From: Patescibacteria group bacterium | Lineage (GTDB): Bacteria > Patescibacteriota > Patescibacteriia > Patescibacteriales > UBA12465 | Direction: 5' to 3' | Length of the DNA stretch: 40,576 bases | NCBI GenBank assembly: GCA_041676225.1 | Contig: JBAYSI010000001.1 | Coordinates: forward strand, 1 to 40,576 | Shown here: positions 1 to 8,216 of the stretch, piece after piece | How the letters are laid out: each line of letters opens with the position of its first letter | Numbering within the stretch: the stretch's first letter is position 1 | The notes under the pieces: generated by a model | Told to the model about the DNA's origin: nothing | The model's database searches: none | The model's input: the letters and a program-made list of their open reading frames with translations, nothing else | Program-made: the position numbers and the translations under genes

Positions 1-99
1 AACGGAAAAAGTAATATAGTAAAAACAAAAGATCCATTTAGTCCAGCCCTGTGGAGTGTTAAAGATGTTGTTGATTTTAAGAATGAATCAAAATTAAGT
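1..99 (+). pseudogene. Detached internal fragment of a class I aldolase gene (DhnA/FbaB-like), on the opposite strand to the 5' part of the same gene
   Basis: Frame +1 from nt 1 is open without a start codon and reads NGKSNIVKTKDPFSPALWSVKDVVDFKNESKLS. It then decays into REYSCIFFHI-stop (stop ~130-132). That peptide is what should follow the ...KNIPYLI point where the minus-strand ORF 77..373 loses aldolase sense. Compare E. coli FbaB ...IPFLVKLNHNETL...TLYASVEQ, recalled from memory. Confidence 0.5.
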
Positions 100-373
100 A
101 GGGAATATTCTTGTATTTTTTTCCATATCTAGATATCAAACCTAAGTGAGCGGCAAATACACCAATTTTAGAGGAGTCGGCAATTTTAAAAAGATGTTCT
201 GGGTCACTATTTCCATATCCAAGCTTCAAAGAGAAGTCATCGTTTAAGTGTTCTAATTTTTGATCTCCAGCGAATAAGAATAGGTTGCCAGTTTTTTTAG
301 TGGCATCTTTGAAATTTTTTTCATACACTTTCTTCTTCTTTTGAGGAACTGACATTGGTATATCTATTTTCAT
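77..373 (-). pseudogene. Class I fructose-bisphosphate/DhnA-type aldolase (DeoC/LacD superfamily), 5' portion only (~93 meaningful codons)
   Basis: LFLFAGDQKLEHLNDDF resembles the VDQG(V/I)EH substrate-pocket block of DhnA/FbaB aldolases. GVFAAHLGLISRYGKKYKNIPYLI resembles the ...RYAHKIPFLVKLN block. Sense ends near nt 92-95; the terminal LIHS-stop is not aldolase-like. Confidence 0.6.
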
Positions 374-392
374 ATTTTTAAAAAATTATATT

Positions 393-426
393 TATGTTAT
401 AATATTTCTATACAAATTATAACATA
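393..426. promoter_or_regulatory. Perfect 11-bp inverted repeat TATGTTATAAT-N12-ATTATAACATA; each arm is an extended -10 (TGTTATAAT) facing one of two divergent genes
   Basis: 393-403 tatgttataat and 416-426 attataacata are exact reverse complements. They sit in the 64-nt spacer between the aldolase start (373, -) and the ORF start at 438 (+). Confidence 0.45.
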
Positions 427-437
427 AATATACGAAT

Positions 438-1316
438 ATGGAAATTAACAAAGATAATGACAATATAGACCTTAGTAGAGGCGTTAAAGATGATAACCTT
501 TCTAGAGCTGGTATTGGTTTATGGATAATGGAGAAAAGAAAGTTTTTAATAGTGACCTTAATAGCTATTTTGGGTGGGGTTTCTTTGTTTCTCTATTCTT
601 ACTTCTTCTACAACCTGTTTGACTACATTAGATATTCAAAGGATTACGAGAGAATGCTGCAAGAACTATCTTTAAGTGGGTCTAATTTAGGGACTTCAAG
701 ACAAGCAGAGCCTTTAGAAATATTAGACCAAAAAATGTTTTATCATAATGATTCTTATGATTTTTTAATAAAGATTAAAAATCCTAATAGTAATTTTTTT
801 GGTAATGTTAGGTATTGTTTTTTTGAGGGTGACATTGAAATTATTTGTTCCACTGCCAGAATTAATCCGAGAGAGGATAGATATTTTTTAATTTTATCTA
901 CTAAGTTGGAGGGTCGCTACACAAATCAAAGAGCTAGGATTGATAGTGTTTCTTGGGAGAGGTTAGATGTTAAATCTTATCCTGATTGGGGTAGTTATTA
1001 CAATGAGAGGGTTAATTTTATCTTTTCAGATGTTAAATATGAAAGGAGCTCAGTTTCCTCTGGAGATCTTAATAATCTTAGTTTTAATGTTAAAAATGAA
1101 ACTCCGTATAATTATTGGAATGTTCCGTTTTCCATTATTTTATTTAGCAAGGGGTCTGTAGTTGGGGTTAATAGGCATAGCTCATTAAACTTTTTATCAG
1201 GAGAACTGAGAAGTGTTAGTATAACTTGGCCAAATTCAGTTTATTCCGTTGATAAAGTGGAAATATATCCAGACCTAGACGTCCTGGATCAGAATAATTA
1301 TATGCCGTACAGATAG
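438..1316 (+). CDS. Hypothetical membrane-anchored protein
   Basis: 292 aa. It has one N-terminal TM helix (FLIVTLIAILGGVSLFLYSYFFY) and a ~220-aa beta-rich ectodomain with two loosely similar halves. No family recognised. Confidence 0.6.
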   Translation: MEINKDNDNIDLSRGVKDDNLSRAGIGLWIMEKRKFLIVTLIAILGGVSLFLYSYFFYNLFDYIRYSKDYERMLQELSLSGSNLGTSRQAEPLEILDQKMFYHNDSYDFLIKIKNPNSNFFGNVRYCFFEGDIEIICSTARINPREDRYFLILSTKLEGRYTNQRARIDSVSWERLDVKSYPDWGSYYNERVNFIFSDVKYERSSVSSGDLNNLSFNVKNETPYNYWNVPFSIILFSKGSVVGVNRHSSLNFLSGELRSVSITWPNSVYSVDKVEIYPDLDVLDQNNYMPYR

Positions 1317-1342
1317 TATTTAAGAATTAATTATATAAAAAA

Positions 1343-1945
1343 ATGAATTTAGATTTTTTCAAATTGCCATACAGCAATAACTCTTTAGAGCCGACTATAT
1401 CTAGCGAGACAATTTCTTTCCATTACGAAAAACATCATAAAGCATATTATGATAATTTAGTTAGGTTATTGGGGGAGAGCTCTATAGAGGAAGAATCTTT
1501 AGAGGATATTATTTTAAAAGCTCACAAGGATGAATCGTTAAGACTTTTGTATAATAACGCTTCTCAAGTTTTTAATCATGATTTTTTCTGGGAAAGTTTG
1601 AGCCCAGAAAAAATAGAACCGTCAGATTATTTAGTTTCATTAATAGAAGATAATTTTTCTTCTTGGGATAAATTCTTAGATGAGCTAAAATCTAAAGCCT
1701 TAAATCATTTTGCTAGTGGATGGGTTTGGTTAGTTTTAGATAGTAATGGAGGTTTGAAAATTATAACAACCTCCAATGCTGACAGCCCTATAATATTAGG
1801 TTTTAAACCTCTTCTAACGATTGATGTTTGGGAGCACTCTTATTATATAGACTATAGAAATGCTAGAGCATTATACCTAGACTCTGTTATTGGTAGTTTA
1901 ATTAATTGGAATTTTGTTGAATCAAATATAAAAAGACATATTTAA
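1343..1945 (+). CDS. sodB: Superoxide dismutase, Fe type
   Basis: 200 aa. Fe/Mn-SOD ligand blocks are present: FHYEKHHKAYY, NHDFFW and DVWEHSYYIDYRN. NNASQVFNH and SNAD follow the Fe-type pattern rather than the Mn-type. Confidence 0.9.
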   Translation: MNLDFFKLPYSNNSLEPTISSETISFHYEKHHKAYYDNLVRLLGESSIEEESLEDIILKAHKDESLRLLYNNASQVFNHDFFWESLSPEKIEPSDYLVSLIEDNFSSWDKFLDELKSKALNHFASGWVWLVLDSNGGLKIITTSNADSPIILGFKPLLTIDVWEHSYYIDYRNARALYLDSVIGSLINWNFVESNIKRHI

Positions 1946-2002
1946 GAATGTTCATAAGTTGTTTATAAGTTGTTCATAAAATAAAGCAGTTTAAATATAA
2001 AA

Positions 2003-2037
2003 AATAAGCACATGTTAATAAGTGCTTATTTTTTTTT
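2003..2037 (+). terminator. Rho-independent terminator after sod
   Basis: 9-bp stem aataagcac (2003-2011) / gtgcttatt (2022-2030), 10-nt loop, followed by a T-run. Confidence 0.7.
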
Positions 2038-2081
2038 GTTTTAGCTTGTTTAACCCTTTATTTTTAGGCTTGCTGTGACTG

Positions 2082-2110
2082 TTGACCTAAGGGGAAAAGT
2101 GGTGTATAAT
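2082..2110 (+). promoter_or_regulatory. Sigma-70-type promoter of the dcw cluster (P-mraZ)
   Basis: TTGACC (2082-2087), 17-nt spacer, TATAAT (2105-2110), lying 51 nt upstream of the mraZ ATG. Confidence 0.6.
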
Positions 2111-2146
2111 TATAGTTGTAAGGTGATTAGTGGTGAGAGGTGGTGA
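2099..2146 (+). promoter_or_regulatory. Putative MraZ operator: phased GGTGA/GTGGTG direct repeats
   Basis: GGTGA occurs at 2122-2126, 2132-2136 and 2142-2146, an exact 10-bp period. An additional AAAGTGGTG at 2096-2104 overlaps the promoter spacer. All lie between the -10 box and the mraZ start codon. Confidence 0.5.
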
Positions 2147-2160
2147 ATTAAATAAAAAAT

Positions 2161-2592
2161 ATGTTTATCGGAGAATACAATCATAATTTAGACGACAAGG
2201 GAAGATTAGCAATTCCTGCAAAGTTTAGATCAATTTTGAAGAAGGGCGGAGTCGTCACTAAGGGTCTTGATGGTTGTTTATTTCTATACACAGGTGATCA
2301 ATGGAAGACAATAGCGCAGAAATTATCCACCCTACCAATTAGCCAATCTAAAGCCAGAGCTTTTTCTAGACATTTTTTAGCTGGCGCTATGGATCTAGAA
2401 TTTGACAATCAGGGGAGAGTAACATTACCAGAATATCTTAGATCTTTTGCCTCATTAAAGAAAAGTGTAATTATTTCAGGTTTGTATAATCATTTAGAAA
2501 TTTGGGATAAAGACGCTTGGGATAAATATAAGAAAGAGTCAGAGAAAAATAGTAATGAAATAGCTGAAGAATTAGGTGACTTAGGAATTTAA
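2161..2592 (+). CDS. mraZ: Transcriptional regulator MraZ
   Basis: 143 aa. It has two SpoVT/AbrB-like halves with DxxGR motifs (DDKGRLAIPAKFR; DNQGRVTLPEYLR). It is the first gene of the dcw cluster. Confidence 0.95.
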   Translation: MFIGEYNHNLDDKGRLAIPAKFRSILKKGGVVTKGLDGCLFLYTGDQWKTIAQKLSTLPISQSKARAFSRHFLAGAMDLEFDNQGRVTLPEYLRSFASLKKSVIISGLYNHLEIWDKDAWDKYKKESEKNSNEIAEELGDLGI

Positions 2593-2602
2593 TTTTTAGC
2601 TT

Positions 2603-3499
2603 ATGAATAATTACCAGCACATCCCTGTAATGTTAGAAGAGGTAATTGAGAATTTAAATATTAAAAAAGATGGAAAGTATATAGATGGCACATTAGGAGG
2701 TGCATCTTATACTAAAAAAATAACAGAACTGGCCAAAGAGGGGATTGTTATGTCTATAGATTTAGATCCGCTAGCAATTGATAATTTTTCCAAACAAAAG
2801 ACTGACAGAAATATAGTTGTAAATGATAATTTTTCAAATTTAAAAAATATAGTTCTTGAAAATTTTGATGATAACGTAAAGTTCGATGGTATAGTAGCAG
2901 ATCTTGGATTATCTTCTGCTCAACTAGATGATGAGAGTAGAGGTTTTTCATTTTTAAACTCACAATCCCTAGATATGTCTTTCGGCCCAAAGATAGATAA
3001 GGATACATATTACATAGTTAACAACTATAAAGAAAGTGAGCTAGAGAGATTGATAAAGGAATACGGAGAAGAACCATGGGCCAAGATAATTGCTAGAAAT
3101 ATATGTACATCTAGAAAAAAAAGCAGAATAAATAGTTCTTCAGATTTGGCAGAAATAATTAAAAGCTCTATACCCAAAAGGTTTTGGACTGGCAAGATAA
3201 ATCCAGCAACAAAAACATTTCAAGCTTTTAGGATGGAGACTAATGATGAAATAAAGAATCTTGAAAATTTTTTAGATTCAGCAATTTCTCTTTTAAATGT
3301 TGGTGGTAGATTGGTTATAGTTTCTTTCCACAGTTTAGAAGATAGAGTAGTTAAATTACTTTTTAAAAATAAATACAGAGAAAATAAAGATGCATTTAAA
3401 ATAGTTACAAAGAAACCGATAAAACCATCAGAAAAAGAGGTTTTAAATAATAATAGATCTAGGAGTGCCAAGTTGAGAGTTTTAGAAAAAATAAAATAA
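2603..3499 (+). CDS. rsmH: 16S rRNA (cytosine1402-N4)-methyltransferase RsmH/MraW
   Basis: HIPVMLEEV N-terminus, DLGLSSAQLDD..RGFSF, SFHSLEDRVVK, and C-terminal NNRSRSAKLRVLEK. Position after mraZ. Confidence 0.95.
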   Translation: MNNYQHIPVMLEEVIENLNIKKDGKYIDGTLGGASYTKKITELAKEGIVMSIDLDPLAIDNFSKQKTDRNIVVNDNFSNLKNIVLENFDDNVKFDGIVADLGLSSAQLDDESRGFSFLNSQSLDMSFGPKIDKDTYYIVNNYKESELERLIKEYGEEPWAKIIARNICTSRKKSRINSSSDLAEIIKSSIPKRFWTGKINPATKTFQAFRMETNDEIKNLENFLDSAISLLNVGGRLVIVSFHSLEDRVVKLLFKNKYRENKDAFKIVTKKPIKPSEKEVLNNNRSRSAKLRVLEKIK

Positions 3500-3513
3500 T
3501 TAATTTTAAAAAT

Positions 3514-3822
3514 ATGAACTCAACAAAAAGAAAAAGACTAAATTTTATTAACGGACTTAATATTTGTTTAGTTTTCGCAATAATACTTAGTGGTTTTTAT
3601 TATTTAAAAAGTGTAGATGATTTGGTAAATAAAAATTTTGAATTACAAAGTCTAAAGGAAGAGACATCTTTGTTGAGTGAAGAAATTAGCAGTCTTGAGT
3701 CAGTGAAAAATAGTTTAGAGTCTTACGAAAATATAAATAACAGAATAAAGGACTTGAAAATGGTTAAAGTTACTGATATAAATTATATAATTATTAATGA
3801 TAATTCTTTAGCTAAAAAATAA
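3514..3822 (+). CDS. ftsL: Cell division protein FtsL-like (bitopic, coiled coil)
   Basis: 102 aa with a basic N-terminus, one TM helix (LNICLVFAIILSGFYYL) and a heptad-like segment. It holds the canonical slot between rsmH and ftsI. Its stop overlaps the ftsI start (TAATG). Confidence 0.65.
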   Translation: MNSTKRKRLNFINGLNICLVFAIILSGFYYLKSVDDLVNKNFELQSLKEETSLLSEEISSLESVKNSLESYENINNRIKDLKMVKVTDINYIIINDNSLAKK

Positions 3823-5912
3823 TGAAATCCCTAAAAAGAGATTTTAAGAAGAGCGGTGATAATAAAAGTAAACTAGACGGTCGCCTTATATTTTTAAGTG
3901 CGATTATTTTTTTTATGTTTTTTTCCTTGGTTTTCAGGTTGTACAAGATACAAATTATTGATTTTGATTATTTCTCATCTATGGCTAGTGCCCAGCATAA
4001 TATATACAGTGAGTTAAAAGCTAAGAGAGGTGAAATACTTTTAAAGAAGAATATTGATAACTCATATTATTATATAGCTACTAATAAGGATTTTTCTTCC
4101 TTGTATATAATTCCTAGACTTATAGGAGAGGATGATATATACAGACTTGTTGAAAATTTTTATATAACCTTTCATCAAGATGAAGTTATCGCCGAAGTGG
4201 ATAAATTTCTAGAAGAAGAAGAGTTAAGAGAGTTAGACGAAGAGTTGTTGTATGTCGATTCTTTAAATATGAGTGACGAGGAAAAAGCTTTAAAGAAAAA
4301 TGAAGTTAGAATAAGGAGATCTAATCTCGTGTTTAACGAAGAGTGGTTAGAATTTAAAAAAATGAAGAGAGATTTAGAAATAGAAGAAAGAAAGCAATCA
4401 GTAATTAGTTCATATTATGATAAATTTAAAAATTCTGACAAGTATTCAAGAATGCTAAAGAGAAAAGTTGATGATGAATCTTTGCTTTTATTTTATTTTA
4501 ACTTTTTAAAAGAGGAATTAAATTTGATCTCTCCAAATGATTTGCATATTAAGGGTGGCAAGATTATTAAAAAGGATGACGAGATAGATATCTCAAGCAG
4601 GATTAGGGGTTTTTATTATGAATGGGAAAGTTTGAGAAGTTATCCTGAAAAAACACTATTAGCGCATCTTAGTGGTTTTTGTAATTATGACAATATAGGT
4701 AACTACGGTTTAGAAGAATTTTTTAATAGTCAGCTTTCTGGAGAGGATGGATACCTTTTGGGCGATAAGGGGACCTATAAGGGAGAGAAGATAATTATAG
4801 AGAAGAAGGAGTATAAAGCTCCGGTTAATGGTAAAAATTTAGTTTTAACAATTGATTATGCTGTTCAAGTTCATGTTTGCAATAAATTAAAGGAAGCGAG
4901 TGAAAAATATTTGTTTGACAGCGGAAGTATTTCAGTTATGGATCCAAAAACTGGTAAAATTATTGCTCTTTGTAATTGGCCTTTATTTGACCCTAATAAT
5001 TATCAAGAAGCAGAAACCGCAGCTGTTTTTGATAATCAGTTTTTATCACATCAGTATGAGTCTGGATCTGTTTTTAAAACTATAACAATGGCAGCCTCTA
5101 TAAATGAAGGGGGAATAACTCCACATACAACATTTGAAGATAAGGGGCAGATTATGATAAGTGGTTGGGACAAGCCAATAAGGAATTCTGATTATGCTAC
5201 TTATGGAGCTCACGGGGTTGTTTCAATGAACTATGCTCTGGAAAATTCTTTAAATACGGGAGCTATTTTTGCTGCTAATAAGATTGGTAAAGAAACTTTC
5301 TCTGAGTATTTGCAGAAGTTTGGTTTTGGTGAGCGAGTTGGAATAGAGTTGAGCGGAGAAGCTCCTGGTAATATTAGTAATTTAACAGTTAAAAATGTTA
5401 AGGATATAGATTTCGCAACAGCTTCTTTCGGACAAGGAATAGCTATTACACCACTTCAACTTTTATCTTCTTATGCCGCTATAGCTAATAATGGGCTAAT
5501 GATGAAACCATATATAGTAGATGAGTTTTTAGATGATGATTATAACTTAGTAGAAAAAACAAATCCAAGATCTATCAGGCAGGTGATATCAGAGGAGACA
5601 TCTAAGTCTGTTTCTGCTATGCTGTTTAATGTTATAGAGGATGGCCATGCATCTTCTGCTGGCGTACAGGGCTATTATATTGGTGGTAAAACCGGGACTG
5701 CTCAAATACCATCTCCTAAGGGGGGATACTATACTGATAGATATATACATAATTTTATTGGATATGGTCCAATAAATGATCCCAAGTTTGTAATGCTTGT
5801 TAAATTTGATAATCCAAAAACAGTTAAATATGCGGCTAGTTCAGCTGCTCCAGTTTTTGGAGAGATAGCCGAATTTTTGTTAAAGTATTATAATGTGCCG
5901 GTTGAAAGATAA
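3822..5912 (+). CDS. ftsI: Class B penicillin-binding protein / peptidoglycan D,D-transpeptidase FtsI
   Basis: 696 aa with an N-terminal TM helix. Transpeptidase motifs are SVFK (SxxK), SLN (SxN) and KTGTA (KTG). It carries a long charged insert in the N-terminal non-catalytic domain. Confidence 0.9.
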   Translation: MKSLKRDFKKSGDNKSKLDGRLIFLSAIIFFMFFSLVFRLYKIQIIDFDYFSSMASAQHNIYSELKAKRGEILLKKNIDNSYYYIATNKDFSSLYIIPRLIGEDDIYRLVENFYITFHQDEVIAEVDKFLEEEELRELDEELLYVDSLNMSDEEKALKKNEVRIRRSNLVFNEEWLEFKKMKRDLEIEERKQSVISSYYDKFKNSDKYSRMLKRKVDDESLLLFYFNFLKEELNLISPNDLHIKGGKIIKKDDEIDISSRIRGFYYEWESLRSYPEKTLLAHLSGFCNYDNIGNYGLEEFFNSQLSGEDGYLLGDKGTYKGEKIIIEKKEYKAPVNGKNLVLTIDYAVQVHVCNKLKEASEKYLFDSGSISVMDPKTGKIIALCNWPLFDPNNYQEAETAAVFDNQFLSHQYESGSVFKTITMAASINEGGITPHTTFEDKGQIMISGWDKPIRNSDYATYGAHGVVSMNYALENSLNTGAIFAANKIGKETFSEYLQKFGFGERVGIELSGEAPGNISNLTVKNVKDIDFATASFGQGIAITPLQLLSSYAAIANNGLMMKPYIVDEFLDDDYNLVEKTNPRSIRQVISEETSKSVSAMLFNVIEDGHASSAGVQGYYIGGKTGTAQIPSPKGGYYTDRYIHNFIGYGPINDPKFVMLVKFDNPKTVKYAASSAAPVFGEIAEFLLKYYNVPVER

Positions 5913-5932
5913 TTATTTAAATAAATATATAT

Positions 5933-7216
5933 ATGAAAAAAACGTTGATAAGAGTTTTAGCTATTTTTTCCAGGTCTATTATTAAAAAGTACAATCCAAT
6001 TGTTATAGGTATTACTGGTAGTGTTGGTAAAACTAGTACTAAAGAGGTTGTCGACTTACTTCTTTCTCCTAAAAAAAGAGTAAGATCTAATTATGCTAAT
6101 TACAATAATGAGATAGGATTGCCATTAACTATAATAGGGGAAAAATCACCAGCTAAAAACATTTTTGGTTGGCTTAGAGTTTTCTCAAAAGCGACATCTT
6201 TAATTTTAAATAAAGACAATAATTATCCAGAAATTTTAGTTTTAGAAATGGGTATAGACAGGCCAGGTGATATGGATTATTTAATGTCCATAGTAAAGCC
6301 TGATAGAGCTATTTTGACAAACATATCTCATTCCCATATTGAATATTTTGGTAGTATAGATAAAATAAAAAAAGAAAAATTAAAATTATTAAAAAATCTA
6401 AAGAATGGAGGAACTGCTATAGTTAATTATGATAATAAAAACATTGAAGGTGTTAATAAGATTATTGATAAGGAGATTATTAGTTACGGTACTAAGGAGG
6501 GGGCCAATTTAAGAGCCAAGGAAATTGTTTTTACTCCACCATCTAGAGTCGGTGATTTATACGGAGTAAGTTTTAAGATTGAGTATAATGGATCAGTTGT
6601 TCCTGTAATGATACCAAATGCTAGTAGTTTACCGACAGTTTATTCCTTCCTAAGTGCTTTTGCAGTAGCGGTTTCTCTTGGATTTAGTCTTTTGGACTTG
6701 ATTAATGAAGCTAAAAACTTTACAAGCCCAAAAGGTAGAATGAATGTTTTAGAGGGAATAAAAAAAAGCTTAATTATTGATGATACTTACAATGCTTCTC
6801 CTGAGTCTAGCGTTTTTGCTTTAGATTTTTTAAATAATATAAAGAGCAATAATAGAGCGATTGTTGTTTTTGGTGATATGTTAGAGTTGGGGCATTATAG
6901 CGAAGAGGGGCATAGATTGGTTGGCGAGAAGATAGCTAGGATCAAAAAAATAAACCAACTGATGTTGGTTGGCGAGAGAGCTAGGGATATAGGCAGGGGA
7001 GCTATAGAGAATGGATTTAACAAAGATAATGTTTTTAATTTTAAAAACAAGGAGGAAGCTATAAGCTTCATTAAAGACAGGATATCTGAATCAGATATAA
7101 TTCTAGTTAAAGGTTCTCAGGGAGCTAGAATGGAAGATGTTGTTAAAGGTATTATGTTTGACCAAGGAAGGGCAGAAGAATTACTAGTTAGACAGTCTTT
7201 ATTATGGAAAAAATAA
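5933..7216 (+). CDS. murF: UDP-N-acetylmuramoyl-tripeptide--D-alanyl-D-alanine ligase
   Basis: GITGSVGKTSTKE P-loop, DDTYNASPES, GDMLELG. 427 aa, in dcw context. Confidence 0.85.
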   Translation: MKKTLIRVLAIFSRSIIKKYNPIVIGITGSVGKTSTKEVVDLLLSPKKRVRSNYANYNNEIGLPLTIIGEKSPAKNIFGWLRVFSKATSLILNKDNNYPEILVLEMGIDRPGDMDYLMSIVKPDRAILTNISHSHIEYFGSIDKIKKEKLKLLKNLKNGGTAIVNYDNKNIEGVNKIIDKEIISYGTKEGANLRAKEIVFTPPSRVGDLYGVSFKIEYNGSVVPVMIPNASSLPTVYSFLSAFAVAVSLGFSLLDLINEAKNFTSPKGRMNVLEGIKKSLIIDDTYNASPESSVFALDFLNNIKSNNRAIVVFGDMLELGHYSEEGHRLVGEKIARIKKINQLMLVGERARDIGRGAIENGFNKDNVFNFKNKEEAISFIKDRISESDIILVKGSQGARMEDVVKGIMFDQGRAEELLVRQSLLWKK

Positions 7217-7219
7217 TAT

Positions 7220-7540
7220 TTAATCTTTTAATGTAATTTTTCTGGCAATATCTGTTATATTTTTTTCTAATTTTAATATTCTCAATCTCATTTTGAAAAT
7301 TAAATAAAAAAGTATCATCACGGACATGTAAAACACCAAGCTTATACCAGATGAAGAAAATCCCATTTCTAAAACCAGCCTATCTATCGGTTTTATCATA
7401 ATGATTATTATTATTCCTAGGCCCCAAAATATTGACCAGAAAGCAAACTCATTATTTGTTATGGTTTTTTTCTTCCATTGGGCTAGTATTTTTGAGAAAA
7501 ATAGTAAGATTAATAAAACGGCAATTATTTGTTGTATCAT
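7220..7540 (-). CDS. Small polytopic membrane protein, DUF2304-like
   Basis: 106 aa with 3-4 TM helices and a charged C-terminal helix. It lies immediately downstream of a GT2 gene, which is the usual partner arrangement of DUF2304. The family call is from memory of that architecture. Confidence 0.5.
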   Translation of the reverse strand: MIQQIIAVLLILLFFSKILAQWKKKTITNNEFAFWSIFWGLGIIIIIMIKPIDRLVLEMGFSSSGISLVFYMSVMILFYLIFKMRLRILKLEKNITDIARKITLKD

Positions 7541-7544
7541 ATTT

Positions 7545-8216
7545 TTATCCTTTTATTTTTTTTAAACTTAGATCTTTTATTATATTAATTCCCCCAGAAA
7601 ATTTTTGGCCGAATTCCTCGTACAGCACTTTTATGGGGACTTCTTTTATTTTTAGTTTATATTTAAAAGATTTTGCTAGAATTTCGGTACAATGAGCCAT
7701 CCTGTCGTTTTCTATAATTATTTTATTTGCGCATTCTCTGGTCATTGCTCTAAAGCCACTTTGTGGATCGCTGGTATTTATACCGAAGAATAGTCTGTTG
7801 AAAACTTTGGCTATTGGCATTATTATGTTTTTTTTAAACTTTGGGATATCTGATTTGATATCCATAAAACGAGAGCCAAAAACTATATCAGCTTGTCCCT
7901 TTATTAAAGGTTCTATTATTTGAGGAATGTCTTCTGATAAGAATTGACCGTCTGCGTCGAAATGAACTATTATGTCGGCTCCATTTTTTAGAGCATATTC
8001 ATTTCCGGTTTGCAAAGCAGCACCTTGTCCTAAATTTATTGGATGATTTAGCACTTTTAATTTGTCACTTGATATTTTATTTAACCTATTGAGTGTATTG
8101 TCAGATGAAAAGTCATTTATTGCGACTATAAAATCAACAAAATCCAGTGTATTTTTTATAGTCTCTTCTATGTTTTTTTCCTCGTTATAGGCCGGTATGA
8201 TACAGAAAATTTTCAT
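7545..8216 (-). CDS. Family 2 glycosyltransferase (polyprenyl-phosphate sugar synthase/Dpm1-like)
   Basis: 223 aa. Motifs include IIPAYNEEKNIEETI, FSSDNT, and DADGQ (DxD), followed by GSRF. Confidence 0.85.
   Translation of the reverse strand: MKIFCIIPAYNEEKNIEETIKNTLDFVDFIVAINDFSSDNTLNRLNKISSDKLKVLNHPINLGQGAALQTGNEYALKNGADIIVHFDADGQFLSEDIPQIIEPLIKGQADIVFGSRFMDIKSDIPKFKKNIIMPIAKVFNRLFFGINTSDPQSGFRAMTRECANKIIIENDRMAHCTEILAKSFKYKLKIKEVPIKVLYEEFGQKFSGGINIIKDLSLKKIKG

Noticed and set aside
1-193. Simple fold-back (hairpin) chimera as the explanation for the aldolase strand switch
   Set aside because: A fold-back would make nt 1-93 the reverse complement of nt ~100-193 and so repeat residues. 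Instead the + strand piece encodes the next, non-repeated residues of the protein.
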